Source: Neoechinorhynchus agilis (Eukaryota > Animalia > Acanthocephala). Taken from it: 64,000 bases of DNA. The stretch is taken from positions 7,976,784 through 8,040,783 of the forward strand of contig CM121341.1 in assembly GCA_051530055.1 (NCBI GenBank). Reading direction: 5' to 3'. Positions 46,307 through 58,381 of the stretch are shown piece after piece. The notes beneath the pieces are model-generated. The model saw only the letters and a program-made list of their open reading frames with translations, was not told the DNA's origin and searched no databases. Made by a program: the position numbers and the translations under genes. Numbering within the stretch: position 1 is the first letter of the stretch; every line of letters starts with the position of its first letter.

Positions 46307-48237
46307 TAACAATCGATTCGAATATTTTATTGTTATTTTGGTCGCTTTGAATTTCTTGTTAGTTCTTGAGCTTAAGGCTTAAGAAAGTTAGGAATCTTGA
46401 CAATCCTTTGATAAACATTTTCCCTTGTAAGAGTTACAAGTCGACAAACGTAACAATCGATTCGAATATTTTATTGTTATTTTGGTCGCTTTGAATTTCT
46501 TGTTAGTTCTTGAGCTTAAGGCTTAAGAAAGTTAGGAATCTTGACAATCCTTTGATAAACATTTTCCTTGTAAGAGTTACAAGTCGACAAACGTAACAAT
46601 CGATTCGAATATTTTATTGTTATTTTGGTCGCTTTGAATTTCTTGTTAGTTCTTGAGCTTAAGGCTTAAGAAAGTTAGGAATCTTGACAATCCTTTGATA
46701 AACATTTCTCTTGTAAGAGTTACAAGTCGACAAACGTAACAATCGATTCGAATATTTTATTGTTATTTTGGTCGCTTTGAATTTCTTGTTAGTTCTTGAG
46801 CTTAAGGCTTAAGAAAGTTAGGAATCTTGACAATCCTTTGATAAACATTTTCCCTTGTAAGAGTTACAAGTCAACAAACGTAACAATCGATTCGAATATT
46901 TTATTGTTATTTTGGTCGCTTTGAATTTCTTGTTAGTTCTTGAGCTTAAGGCTTAAGAAAGTTAGGAATCTTGACAATCCTTTGATAAACATTTTCCCTT
47001 GTAAGAGTTACAAGTCGACAAACGTAACAATCGATTCGAATATTTTATTGTTATTTTGGTCGCTTTGAATTTCTTGTTAGTTCTTGAGCTTAAGGCTTAA
47101 GAAAGTTAGGAATCTTGACAATCCTTTGATAAACATTTCCCTTGTAAGAGTTACAAGTCAACAAACGTAACAATCGATTCGAATATTTTATTGTTATTTT
47201 GGTCGCTTTGAATTTCTTGTTAGTTCTTGAGCTTAAGGCTTAAGAAAGTTAGGAATCTTGACAATCCTTTGATAAACATTTCCCTTGTAAGAGTTACAAG
47301 TCGACAAACGTAACAATCGATTCGAATATTTTATTGTTATTTTGGTCGCTTTGAATTTCTTGTTAGTTCTTGAGCTTAAGGCTTAAGAAAGTTAGGAATC
47401 TTGACAATCCTTTGATAAACATTTTCCCTTGTAAGAGTTACAAGTCGACAAACGTAACAATCGATTCGAATATTTTATTGTTATTTTGGTCGCTTTAATT
47501 TTTGTTAGTTCTTGAGCTTAAGGCTTAAGAAAGTTAGGAATCTTGACAATCCTTTGATAAACATTTTCCCTTGTAAGAGTTACAAGTCAACAAACGTAAC
47601 AATCGATTCGAATATTTTATTGTTATTTTGGTCGCTTTGAATTTCTTGTTAGTTCTTGAGCTTAAGGCTTAAGAAGTTAGGAATCTTGACAATCCTTTGA
47701 TAAACATTTCCCTTGTAAGAGTTACAAGTCGACAAACGTAACAATCGATTCGAATATTTTATTGTTATTTTGGTCGCTTTGAATTTCTTGTTAGTTCTTG
47801 AGCTTAAGGCTTAAGAAAGTTAGGAATCTTGACAATCCTTTGATAAACATTTTCCCCTGTAAGAGTTACAAGTCGACAAACGTAACAATCGATTCGAATA
47901 TTTTATTGTTATTTTGGTCGCTTTGAATTTCTTGTTAGTTCTTGAGCTTAAGGCTTAAGAAAGTTAGGAATCTTGACAATCCTTTGATAAACATTTTCCC
48001 TTGTAAGAGTTACAAGTCAACAAACGTAACAATCGATTCAAATATTTTATTGTTATTTTAGTCGCTTTGAATTTCTTGTTAGTTCTTGAGCTTAAGGCTT
48101 AAGAAAGTTAGGAATCTTGACAATCCTTTGATAAACATTTTCCCTTGTAAGAGTTACAAGTCGACAAACGTAACAATCGATTCGAATATTTTATTGTAAT
48201 TTTGGTCGCTTTCAATTTCTTGTTAGTTCTTGAGCTT
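46307..48237. repeat. Tandem array, 144-bp unit, ~13.4 copies
   Basis: taacaatcgattcgaatatt at 46307, 46451 and onward. Confidence 0.97.
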
Positions 48238-48659
48238 GAGACAATTCTTTTTCAATGATTCCTCTCGAACAATATCGATTCTAACCACCCAAATGTTTAT
48301 TAAATAATTAGTAATTTTAATTTCTTAATAAGCTTGTTTGGGATATATTTTCTCTTCGCAGTGATTTTGATAAGTACTAATTAAAAAGACTGCTGTGTAC
48401 GTAGATTCTATCTAAGAATAGTACTTGGCAAAGTAACTGAGGGGGAAAATCGTATATTGGTGATGTATTGATCATGATTCCCCCAAATAGAAAATATTTA
48501 ATTGCGAACGTTTTGGTATTGTATGGCTTCCTGGAACTTCGGGAATGGCGATCCCGTTTGCCCGATCCACACAATACAAAACAATTGAAACCCGGCTCCC
48601 ACATCCTCAAGTCAGTGTACGAGTGATATTTCCGTTTGTAGAGAAAAATGTTGTTAAAA

Positions 48660-48830
48660 GAATATTATGGAAAGCCTCTTTTCCCAACACCCTCATGTTT
48701 TATTCCAGATTTATTATCGAACGGAAAATGGGTGTTTTATTTATTTCTTGCTTGAAATTTTCGACGCCTTGCGTCTTCGTCAGGAAGCTTTTCTTCGGTT
48801 ATCTGAAAAGGAATCAGAGGAGGGCAACAA
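48660..48830 (-). mobile_element. Fourth copy of the 19.2-19.8 kb Penelope-type repeat; hammerhead at 48750-48788
   Basis: Same sequence as the 19166-19290 arm; core intact, first stem I pair C-C. Confidence 0.85.
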
Positions 48831-49040
48831 GAACAACCAGGGGTAAAACTTGTCCTTTCAAATAACCACAGAAATTTCAAATACAGCGATGGTATTAAAA
48901 GAGCCTTGCTTCAATAAAATATTTTCTATCCTTGCGTTAATTATAATCACGTCCACATTTCTAATTTTAGCATTCCGAACGATTTAATCTCGTCTATTTA
49001 AATGTTATAACTGAAAGCGATTTTACAATTCATTTTAGAG

Positions 49041-50904
49041 ATGATACCTGGTGATATTAGCGCCTTCAGCGGTCTTGCAAAGAATCCAATTATTGTAGAC
49101 ATCGGTACAAGCTGGACAAAGTTATCTTATCAATATGAATTTTGTTTCATTTTAAAATTTAGGATTGGAATTGCAGGAGAATTCGCTCCAAGGGCAATTA
49201 TACGAACGAACGTTATCGACGAGGTTTTTTTAATGAGAATTAAAATATCCTTCACCATCGATATCCTAGGAACCAACGAGCATTCCTATATTCCACATCA
49301 GTGAGGATTTTAAACTTAGATGGAAAGATTCTGATCTATATAAACTGCTCGCTTATGTTTATTACAAGTTGGTCGATCTCACTTGCTCTCAACTTATTGC
49401 TTTGACTAGAGTACTTTGTTTAAACTTTAAGGATGCTGGTTGTGTCTTGATTGATTCCGATTCTTGGTCCATTGATCTTAAGGATTCGGTAAAACGGCAC
49501 TTGATCATGGATGCTGATGTGCCGTTTGTTGCGTTTCTGCCTTCACACCTTTGCTCGGCGTACGCTCTGAACCTCGATACCGCTCTTATAGTCGACATTG
49601 GCCACTTCGAGTGTAAATCAAGTGTTCATTCTTTAGTTCGTCCTTATTTGGTTGAAAACAAACGCTTATTTTGGACCGATATTTCAAAGTTCTTTGGACG
49701 AATAAAACTCTTAAACAATTCTTTAACCATCCGTTTGTCCGCTGTTGGGGTGGACGACCGTGACTAGAAAAATTTAGCGCTCAAATGGTCCATGTTTTCC
49801 ATATTTAGAAGGTTTCAATGCTCTTATGCAGTAGCGTTTGGCTAATTTTAAGATCTTTTTTAAACTGTTTAAACCCTAATTTTTCGTTAAGTTTCTAGCT
49901 ATACTTGTATCCTATATTTTTTATTTCGTTTTGTTTGGGTTCAGATGAAGATCACCATATTGGATTGAACACGTGACGTAAAATTGCCTTGATTGCTTAT
50001 CGACAGCAAATGTCACCATTTGTGGGCGAACTTGCCAACTATGGAGTTGAAAGTGTTCAAAGGTACAAAATGGCAAGTGTTCGTTATTCAACTTCATTTT
50101 TTAGACGACTTAAGCAAATGATAAACGATGATGTGACGGATCGTGATCTTGAAACAATTTTAGGTTAGTAGTCGATGGCTTGCCTTCCGCTTCAAACAGT
50201 TGTATCGGATTCTCTATATTTTCATGAGGGAATTTTTGAACAGATAAACCGAAAACTTTTGCATTTAGCGAACGCTTTCACTCTCAACCATCTAATTCCA
50301 GTTATTTTTAGTTCAGTGCTGTTTCGTGACGGACAAGGAAAGAAGTGAGAAGTACAAATCGCAGAATGGTCGCATAGATGATTCGGTTTCGGACGTTTCC
50401 TTCAAACTAAACGAGCAACGACGAATTTCTATACCTGCTCGAGTTAGGTATATTCTTGTTTTATCTCCTAAATTGACTTATCTAAGGGCGTAGGGAAACC
50501 GCATTTGAGTTACTCTTCGATTCAGAACTATCTTCTAATCCTCTCCATGAGCTGGTTGGCGATGTCATTGAGAGGGTAAGCACCAAATTTGCTGAAATCT
50601 TATAATCTGCCGAAAAAAGTGCCCAATCGATGTGAGACCATCTTTGATCCAGAATATAGTCGTTACCGGCGGAGGTGCCGACGTAAAAGGAATTTCGAGT
50701 CGTCTTGAAGAAGAAATTCGAGACCATTTCAAGAGAAAAGGATTTCTTAAACTCAAAGATGAAGTAAAAGTTCACCGAACTTGTATTCCAGGAGAATACA
50801 CTGGCTGGTTAGGTGGTTCACTGATTGGATCAACTGATGCTATCGAAACTCATTTAATTCATCGATCGCCGGATCAGAAACTTGAAAACGGAACTATAAA
50901 ATAG
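49041..50904 (+). CDS. ACTR10: Actin-related protein 10 (dynactin Arp11), multi-exon
   Basis: IIVDIGTSWTK|IGIAGEFAPRAII, VPFVAFLPSHL...LIVDIGH, VQCCFV, CPIDVRPSLIQNIVVTGG, WLGGSLIG. Splicing at 49610-49990 could not be resolved by eye. Confidence 0.8.
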
Positions 50905-51159
50905 ATTGATTTCAAAGGAAACCTCTTAAAAAGAATCTTGATAATGGGGAAATTTTAGTCGGCAGTCTTAGTGTTTCCTTTCTCCACGTTTTCCTTAATT
51001 CAAGGGCATGAATAATTTATTATGCTCAGTTTCTTATAATAAATTGAAAAAGTGCTCAAAACGATAGTGAACATTTTAATAGACCACTCAAAAAGTCCAT
51101 GCACCAATTGAATTGTTAAATAATTAAAAGGATTTATTGGTTCCAATATTTCGGAGGGC

Positions 51160-52410
51160 TAATGGCTGGGTTCGAGGCCGTAGCTCCAGGTCTGAAACTC
51201 GTGACTCGGGAACAACTCAGCCTCCTGGGCAGTTGCGTCTTCGATTCAAATGTGGAAGATGAGATCGGCCGTATCATACCGAAACTTTCGCTGCTGGGCG
51301 ATAGGGTGAGCGCTCTCTCGGCTCACGAAGCCTTGTTTCTCATAAAGAACGCGCTCTTCATCCCCAAATTATTGTACAAGGTTCGCACAGCAACATTTTT
51401 CAAACACAAAAAGGATTGGCAAAGCTGGACGATAAGGTGAGGGCTTGTCTCGAGCGTATTTTAAATGTCCAGCTCTCAGATGAGGCGTGGCGACAAGCTT
51501 CTTTGCCTGTGTCATCTGGGGGATTGGGAATTCGGGCACTAGTCGACCTTGCTTTGCCGGCCTTTCTTGGATCGTTTGAGGGGAGTCAACCGATAGGAAA
51601 GAGACCAAGACTTTGCGGTGGCAGTTGAAGAATGGTGCCAGCAGACAGGCGCTAACCATGTTCCCGTGAATGGCCTCCGTCCGATTTAGATTGTTGGGAG
51701 TTTCGACACGAGAATCTGGGGCGTGGTTGGAGACTATTCCTCTGGCATCTGTGAGAACTCTTCTCACTGATGAGGTAACGTGGATCGCAGTGTCCTTAAG
51801 ACTTAGTCTCCCGTTATGCACGCCCCATCGCTGTCGATGTGGGTCTTTGGTTTATGCTTTTGGACGACACTCTCGTTTGCCGAAAGTCAGAAGGAAGGTT
51901 CTCACACTATTCTGAGATCAAGAGCGTAATTTCTCGGGCGTTGAGAACGGAGAACTTCCCCAGCATCTCGGAACCCGTCCATCTTTGTCGGCTAGACGGT
52001 CGTCGACCTGACGGAATTTCGGTCTTTCCGTGGCGGGAGGGTAAATGCCTTTTCTGAGACGCCACGTCCCTCGCAGTAAGCAACATCCCCTACTCCCTCG
52101 AAATCGCCGGTGGTGCCGCCAGTGCAGCGGGAGGAAAATACGGAATTTTATTCAGTTATCGAGGGCTCATTTTTTTGTACCATTCGGGGTAGAGACGTAT
52201 GGAGCGCTCGGCAGCTCGGCACTCACTCAGGACCGGCGACGCACGAGCAGGTGTATTCCTTCGACAAAATATCTCGCTTGCAGTACAACGAGGCAATGCT
52301 GCCAGCGCAATAGCGACAGCCGAGGAAGGAGAGAAGCCCCAATTCGGCGGACGGTGGTGATTGCACGTTTTGTACTTTATTATTGTAAAATTTAGAAAAG
52401 TTAAAAAAAG
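51160..52410 (+). mobile_element. Decayed CRE-like non-LTR retrotransposon 3' half (RT thumb, zinc knuckle, restriction-like endonuclease)
   Basis: WRQASLPVSSGGLGIR, SGAWL, CRCG...H...C, EP...LDGRRPDG...PW, FVPFGVETYGALG; multiple frameshifts; A-rich tail at ~52400. Confidence 0.8.
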
Positions 52411-53381
52411 GCAATAATTAGCCTAGATGAGGACTTATGCATTTCGGACAATTGTCATTCCGTTGCTGGATCGATTTTAAAAAAATCAATCCTTCCACGT
52501 TTCTTTAGTGCAAGAATTGATTGAACATCATTGGTCGTTTCATAGTGGACCCGATAAAATATCCGCAAGCCATTCGTTTGGCACCGCAACGCCCAAGAAA
52601 CTTAGACGATCCGAGATCAGGAGCGTTCCTTCAACAAAACATAACCAACAGGCGAGAACGCTGCCTCCCTTGCACCTTGAGAGATCCAGAGCCTTAAAGT
52701 GAAATTTCTCATGTAACAACAAATCAAAATTTTGATTTTGGTGAATCGCGAAATATTTCGAAAGAACAAACCTCGCCTTATCAATCATTGCTCTTGTCCA
52801 AGCTACAATAAAATGATTTTTAACCGGGTGATTATCTACCGCAAAGTCAAAATTTAACATCCCGACGGATTTTCTCTCAATAAGAAATCAAAATTGGGCG
52901 ATTGGGTAATCCTCAGTGAACGAAAACGCCTAATTTCCGACCTCACCCAAACTGCTTTCACCCACACAAATCAATCATTACGACCCCGAAATTGATCGGG
53001 AATTCAACGATCTTCGATTATTGCTCGCCCGGAAGAAATCTAAGAGTTTTTATGGTGTTCTGTTTAAAAATTTTAAATGCGCAGAGCGAAGGTTGATTTT
53101 TTGAATTGACTGGACGATTTGCCATCCTTAAAAGTCCACGAAAGTTATTTTCGTTTTTCCAACTGTATTGATCGTTTTGGTGTTTTTGTTGATCGTTCCG
53201 ATTTATTGTATGTATTGATCACGAAAAACCGCGACGCTGCGGTTAAATTGGTTTATATCTTAGATTTAGTGTCGGTGGTATTCTCGTTCTTGAATTTTAT
53301 CCTTTAGAATTTCTTTGATTTAACTCGTGAATATTGACGTGTTCTCAGAATTACCCCTTGGTAAACCGTAAATACGAAGAT

Positions 53382-54815
53382 GTTCTTTGAATCTCTCCTT
53401 TGCCGATTGATCAGATTTTAACTTATTTTGTTTTATATATTCAATTAATATGAAATTGGGCAAAATTCCCAAAAGATTCCTATACTGGACACTTATTTTA
53501 GGGGAAAATCAATCTCAGATAATATTACAATTCAGGAAATGGAATCAGACGAGGTTCTTTGAATCTCTCCTTTATTGAGTGATTAGATTTTAACTTATTT
53601 TGTTTTGTTTTAAATATTCAATTAATATGAAATTGGGCGAAATTCCCAAAAGATTCCTATACTGGACGCTTATTTTAGGGGAAAATCAATCTCAGATAAT
53701 ATTACATTTAAGAAAATGGAATCAGACGAGGTTCTTTGAATCTCTCCTTTATTGAGTGATTAGATTTTAACTTATTTTGTTTTGTTTTAAATATTCAATT
53801 AATATGAAATTGGGCGAAATTCCCAAAAGATTCCTATACTGGACGCTTATTTTAGGGGAAAATCAATCTTAGATAATATTACATTTAAGAAAATGGAATC
53901 AGACGAGGTTCTTTGAATCTCTCCTTTATTGAGTGATTAGATTTTAACTTATTTTGTTTTGTTTTAAATATTCAATTAATATGAAATTGGGCGAAATTCC
54001 CAAAAGATTCCTATACTGGACGCTTATTTTAGGGGAAAATCAATCTCAGATAATATTACATTTAAGAAAATGGAATCAGACGAGGTTCTTTGAATCTCTC
54101 CTTTATTGAGTGATTAGATTTTAACTTATTTTGTTTTGTTTTAAATATTCAATTAATATGAAATTGGGCGAAATTCCCAAAAGATTCCTATACTGGACGC
54201 TTATTTTTCTATGACGCTATTTTGGGGAAAATTTATTTTAATTTAAGAAAATGGATGGAGGTTCTTTGTCTCTCTTTATTGAGTGATTAGATTTTAACTT
54301 ATTTTTTTTGTTTTATTCAATTAAATTCAAATCAAAATTCCTATATGGACGCTTATTTTAGGGGAAAATCAATCTCAGATAATATTACATTTAAGAAAAT
54401 GGAATTAGACGAGGTTCTTTGAATCTCTCCTTTATTGAGTGATTAGATTTTAACTTACTTTTCTTTGTTTTAAGGGTCCAATAGGTATGATGTGTGGTAA
54501 AATTCCCAAACGACTGCATGATTTTTGCACAAAATTGCGATGGACGCCTAATTTTTGGGCGAAAATAGATATCAATTCTCTTTACATTTAAGAAAATGGA
54601 ATTAGACGAGGTTCTTTGAATCTCTCCTTTATCGAGTGATTAGATTTTAACTTACTTTTCTTTGTTTTAAGGATTCAATATGTGTGACGTGTGGTAAAAT
54701 TCCCAAAAGACTGCATGATTTTTGCACAAAATTGCGTTGGACGCCTAATTTTAGGCGAAAATGGACCTCAATTCACTTTAAATTTCAGAAAATGGAATCA
54801 GAAGAGGCTCCAGTT
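53382..54815 (+). repeat. Tandem array, ~177-bp unit, ~8 copies, continuous with the CLP1 5' end
   Basis: aaATGGAATCAGAcGAGG-like motif with ATGs at 53539, 53716, 53893, 54070, 54251, 54399, 54596 and 54792. Confidence 0.93.
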
Positions 54816-56144
54816 TGTGCGAATGCTCAGCACTATATACTTCCTTTCCGATCCGAACTGCGAATTCGAGCGGACAATGGCTGCAGTGTGATGCTTAAAT
54901 CAGGGATGGCGGAGATTTTCGGAGCAGAGTTACCCGTCAATCAGTTGTTTGAATTCGGAGAGCTCACGCGCCTTGCCGTAGCAACGTTCCATGGATGTGA
55001 ACTACAAGTAGGCGGTCTTGACCAGGATGAAGACGATGCATATATTTCGAAGGATATCGATGCTCTAAAATCACATTTGGCTCTACAAAGAATATTAGAG
55101 AACGATAGGGACGCTGTTGATGCCGAAACGCGGTCCCGTGGGCCCAGGGTCGTTATCGTCGGCTCAACTGGATGTGGAAAGACCTCATTGTGGCGCACAC
55201 TCGGTAACTGGGCATGTAGAATGGAACGCGAACCCATCGCAGTCGATTTGGACGTTGCTCGGAACGATTTTGGTGTCCCTGGCTCAATTTCAGCTGCTCA
55301 ACTACATTATGTCACACTGGATCACCTCGCCAAAACTGACGACAATGAAGAATGCTCTTTTTCTCTGCATTTCGGCCATTTGCACCCTCGCTCGAATCCG
55401 GAATTGTTTAATCAACTAGTCACAAACATGGCTATGATTGTTCAGACACGAATTGATGCGGTAAACGAGCGGAAAGTGTCCGGAATTCTGGTTAATACGT
55501 GTGGATGGGTTCAAGGGAGAGGTTATGACTCAAAAGTTCACATTTGTAAAGCATTCGAAGCCGATTATGTCGTTGTTATTTCGAATGAACGTCTTTATAA
55601 TCGACTAAAAGATGAGTTGATTGAAAATGTGAAAGTTATCCATGTACCGTCGTCGTCAGGCGTCGGATATGTTGATGAGATCGAATTCGCTGAGATAATG
55701 AATAGGCGGATCCGGCGGTATTTCTGTGGAACTCTTAAGCATCAGGTGTTTCCACGACTACTTACATTCAAAGTTATCAAAGAAGGTGATGACATTAGTG
55801 AGGACGACGTTGGACTTAAAGTGAAGCTTTATCAATATAGTAAACGGATCGCGATTAATGGAGACCACCACAACGTCAAAAAGGAAGATAAACTTTGTTT
55901 AGAAGAACCATCTGTAATTTCAGCTATTCCCTACACGGATTCGCTTGAATTATTAGAGAATCGAACATTAGCTGTCTCATATGCAATGGACCCAAGCGAT
56001 TGCCTCACTGAGACTATTGCTGGCTACTTAGCTGTTGAAAGCGTTGAAGAAGACAGAATTTCAGTTTTATCGCCATCACCAGGACCTGTTCCGAATAATT
56101 TGTTCATTGTAGGAAATATCCAATTCATAGAGGAAATAGAGTGA
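54792..56144 (+). CDS. CLP1: Polynucleotide 5'-OH kinase CLP1
   Basis: SELRIR, LKSGMAEIFGAEL, AVATFHGC, GPRVVIVGSTGCGKTSL (P-loop), VDLDV, NTCGW. Start taken at the Met after tttcag. Confidence 0.93.
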   Translation: MESEEAPVCANAQHYILPFRSELRIRADNGCSVMLKSGMAEIFGAELPVNQLFEFGELTRLAVATFHGCELQVGGLDQDEDDAYISKDIDALKSHLALQRILENDRDAVDAETRSRGPRVVIVGSTGCGKTSLWRTLGNWACRMEREPIAVDLDVARNDFGVPGSISAAQLHYVTLDHLAKTDDNEECSFSLHFGHLHPRSNPELFNQLVTNMAMIVQTRIDAVNERKVSGILVNTCGWVQGRGYDSKVHICKAFEADYVVVISNERLYNRLKDELIENVKVIHVPSSSGVGYVDEIEFAEIMNRRIRRYFCGTLKHQVFPRLLTFKVIKEGDDISEDDVGLKVKLYQYSKRIAINGDHHNVKKEDKLCLEEPSVISAIPYTDSLELLENRTLAVSYAMDPSDCLTETIAGYLAVESVEEDRISVLSPSPGPVPNNLFIVGNIQFIEEIE

Positions 56145-56369
56145 TGTATTTGTACTCATTTCTTTGTATTAAAATATTGTAATTGTTGTTATTTTAGTCT
56201 TATTTAAATTCTAATTTTTATTTGCCTATTTGAATTTTAGCAAAGTAGAAGCCATCAATAACAAAATCCTGTCACAATTAGGTATAAAATCTTTAAAACT
56301 AAATGATCATCTCGATCCCCGAAATGAGATTCTCAGAGAAAAGAACTTTAGTGTAGAGGAACTACGACT

Positions 56370-57850
56370 GTATGTACGCGACCAATACAATCCTTTGCAA
56401 AAGCATTAGTAAGAACTCAGCAATACGACCAAATTTTCTCAACGAGACAATAACAAAAACCTGTGGTGCTACACTCATCAATGGAGGTCGTGCACCACTT
56501 CCAGTACTAAAGTTGCCTTTAAACAAAACAAGCGAATACAACAATCTAAGTGACTTTGAAGATGCACCATGGATAATCCCCACTTTGGAACTTCTTAGAA
56601 AGCAAGATTCTAAGGCCAACCTCAGTAACTCTCCAGACTTTCCCCGGTTACAAATAGCTCTAACTTACAAAATACTTGTCGCCCGCAAAACTTCCTTTCC
56701 TAGGACTCTCTTGATCTACGCCACCTGGATCCTTTCCCTAATTTGTCCTCCACTGAATTAAAACAGGTTCTAGATTCCATCAATCAAAACCTCGACCAGG
56801 ACTCAATTTACAATCTCTGCTCCACATCTGACACAACACAATCTTTCACGCCTATATCTGAAACTTTTTGTCAACTCCACGATGCTCCCTTAGTTTCTTC
56901 ATACGAAGTACTACAGCATCTTGGGAAATTTCTTCGAAATTCATCCTCTCAATCCAAAATCCCAAACTAAGCTCTTCGCTACATCATCCCCGAACTCATA
57001 GACCATCTTTCCCACAATATCAACCTAAGCTTTTTATATGAGATCTATCCCTCATGCCGGAAAACTGCTAAAGTTATCCTTCTTCCAAAAAAAGGACATC
57101 CGATTTCCACCTAATCATTTCGTCCAATATACATTCTACTCGCCACTTTCAAAAATCATCGAAAAATGTTTTAAATCTCGCCTTCGTCCACCTCTCAACG
57201 ACAAGTTATCGCCTCCACAATTCGGATTCCGAGTAAAATTTCTGCAACCGATGCCCTGCTTTGCATTTATGACACGCTCCTACGCAATCTCGACAATAAT
57301 CCCTCCCGCGTCACCCGTCATCTTATCTTCACAATCGCAAACAATACATTCACTGCCGTTCTACCTCTACTATCAGCCTATTCCTAACCAAAGGAGTACC
57401 TCAAAATGCCATCACACTTGAACTTTCTCTAAATGCTTCGAAATTTTCTTCTCACTCTCCAGCAATCCCACATCCTGCCCCGATCTTCCAAATGACATCC
57501 AACGAATCACCTCCCTCAGAATTTTGGGTCGCCAATTTAAATCAAATCTGAAATGGCATTCGCACTTTACTCTTTCTCTCAAACGCAATACCTTTAAAAT
57601 TTGTCTCCTCAAACACCTCCGACATTTAAGAATCCCTTCACCTAATCTCTCCAAATTTTACGTAAGTTTTATTTTACCCTCGCTCACCGACGGCTATCCC
57701 GTCTTTTGAAAACTATCCAAATCACAAATCCGTCCCGTTGAAACGTTTCACGGACACCGAATGCTTTAATAAAATTTTCATAAAACAATCAAAACGCCTA
57801 TCAACCCTACCACCACAATTTTTACCACATTTGATCCCCCTTCTTACACG
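56370..57850 (+). mobile_element. Decayed CR1/L2-type LINE with internal deletion
   Basis: KTAKVILLPKKG, FRPI, KIIEK, PQFGFR...DALL, then LKWHSH...FYVSFILPSL; many stops and frameshifts; no YADD segment found. Confidence 0.8.
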
Positions 57851-58381
57851 AACGCAACACTCGTGATCCTAATTCGTTTCATCATTTCTCAATTTCGCAC
57901 CTTCCCCGACCTCCGATCCTTTTTCCTCACTCCCCAATCTTCTTGGGTAGCGAGACCCGAAATGAACCGGAGGGAAGACCCAACCTCAAAAACGTTTCTA
58001 CAAACAATATCCGTCAATCCCCACCAGAACGGGCACCTCCCCCCCCGGTCGAATATTCCCACTCGAACGGAAATTTCTCAACCGGATGTTCCCACACTAA
58101 CGGAAATCCCCCAACCGGATATTCCCACCTGACTGAACCCGTAATTTACATAATAATTAACAACCATGTCCATGAGGACCCAAAGGTACATTAGTAACAA
58201 ATAAAAGTGCTAATACTACTCCCAGGCAACGGTGGATAAAAAGGCTAGTATTGAATATATGGATTTAATGCCCAGTAATCTTTTTGAGTCAATAATCGTT
58301 CATTTCAAATCATACACTATTAAAAACGCAAGATTATTTGTAGAACAAAAGGAAAAATCTGCAGTTGAGAAACCTTGCACT

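Noticed and set aside
54684-54791. N-terminal extension of CLP1 from the ORF track
   Set aside because: It starts at GTG inside a repeat unit; CLP1 similarity begins after the Met at 54792.
1119-54815. Tandem arrays as CRISPR arrays
   Set aside because: Units repeat end to end without unique spacers, there are no cas genes, and the DNA is eukaryotic.
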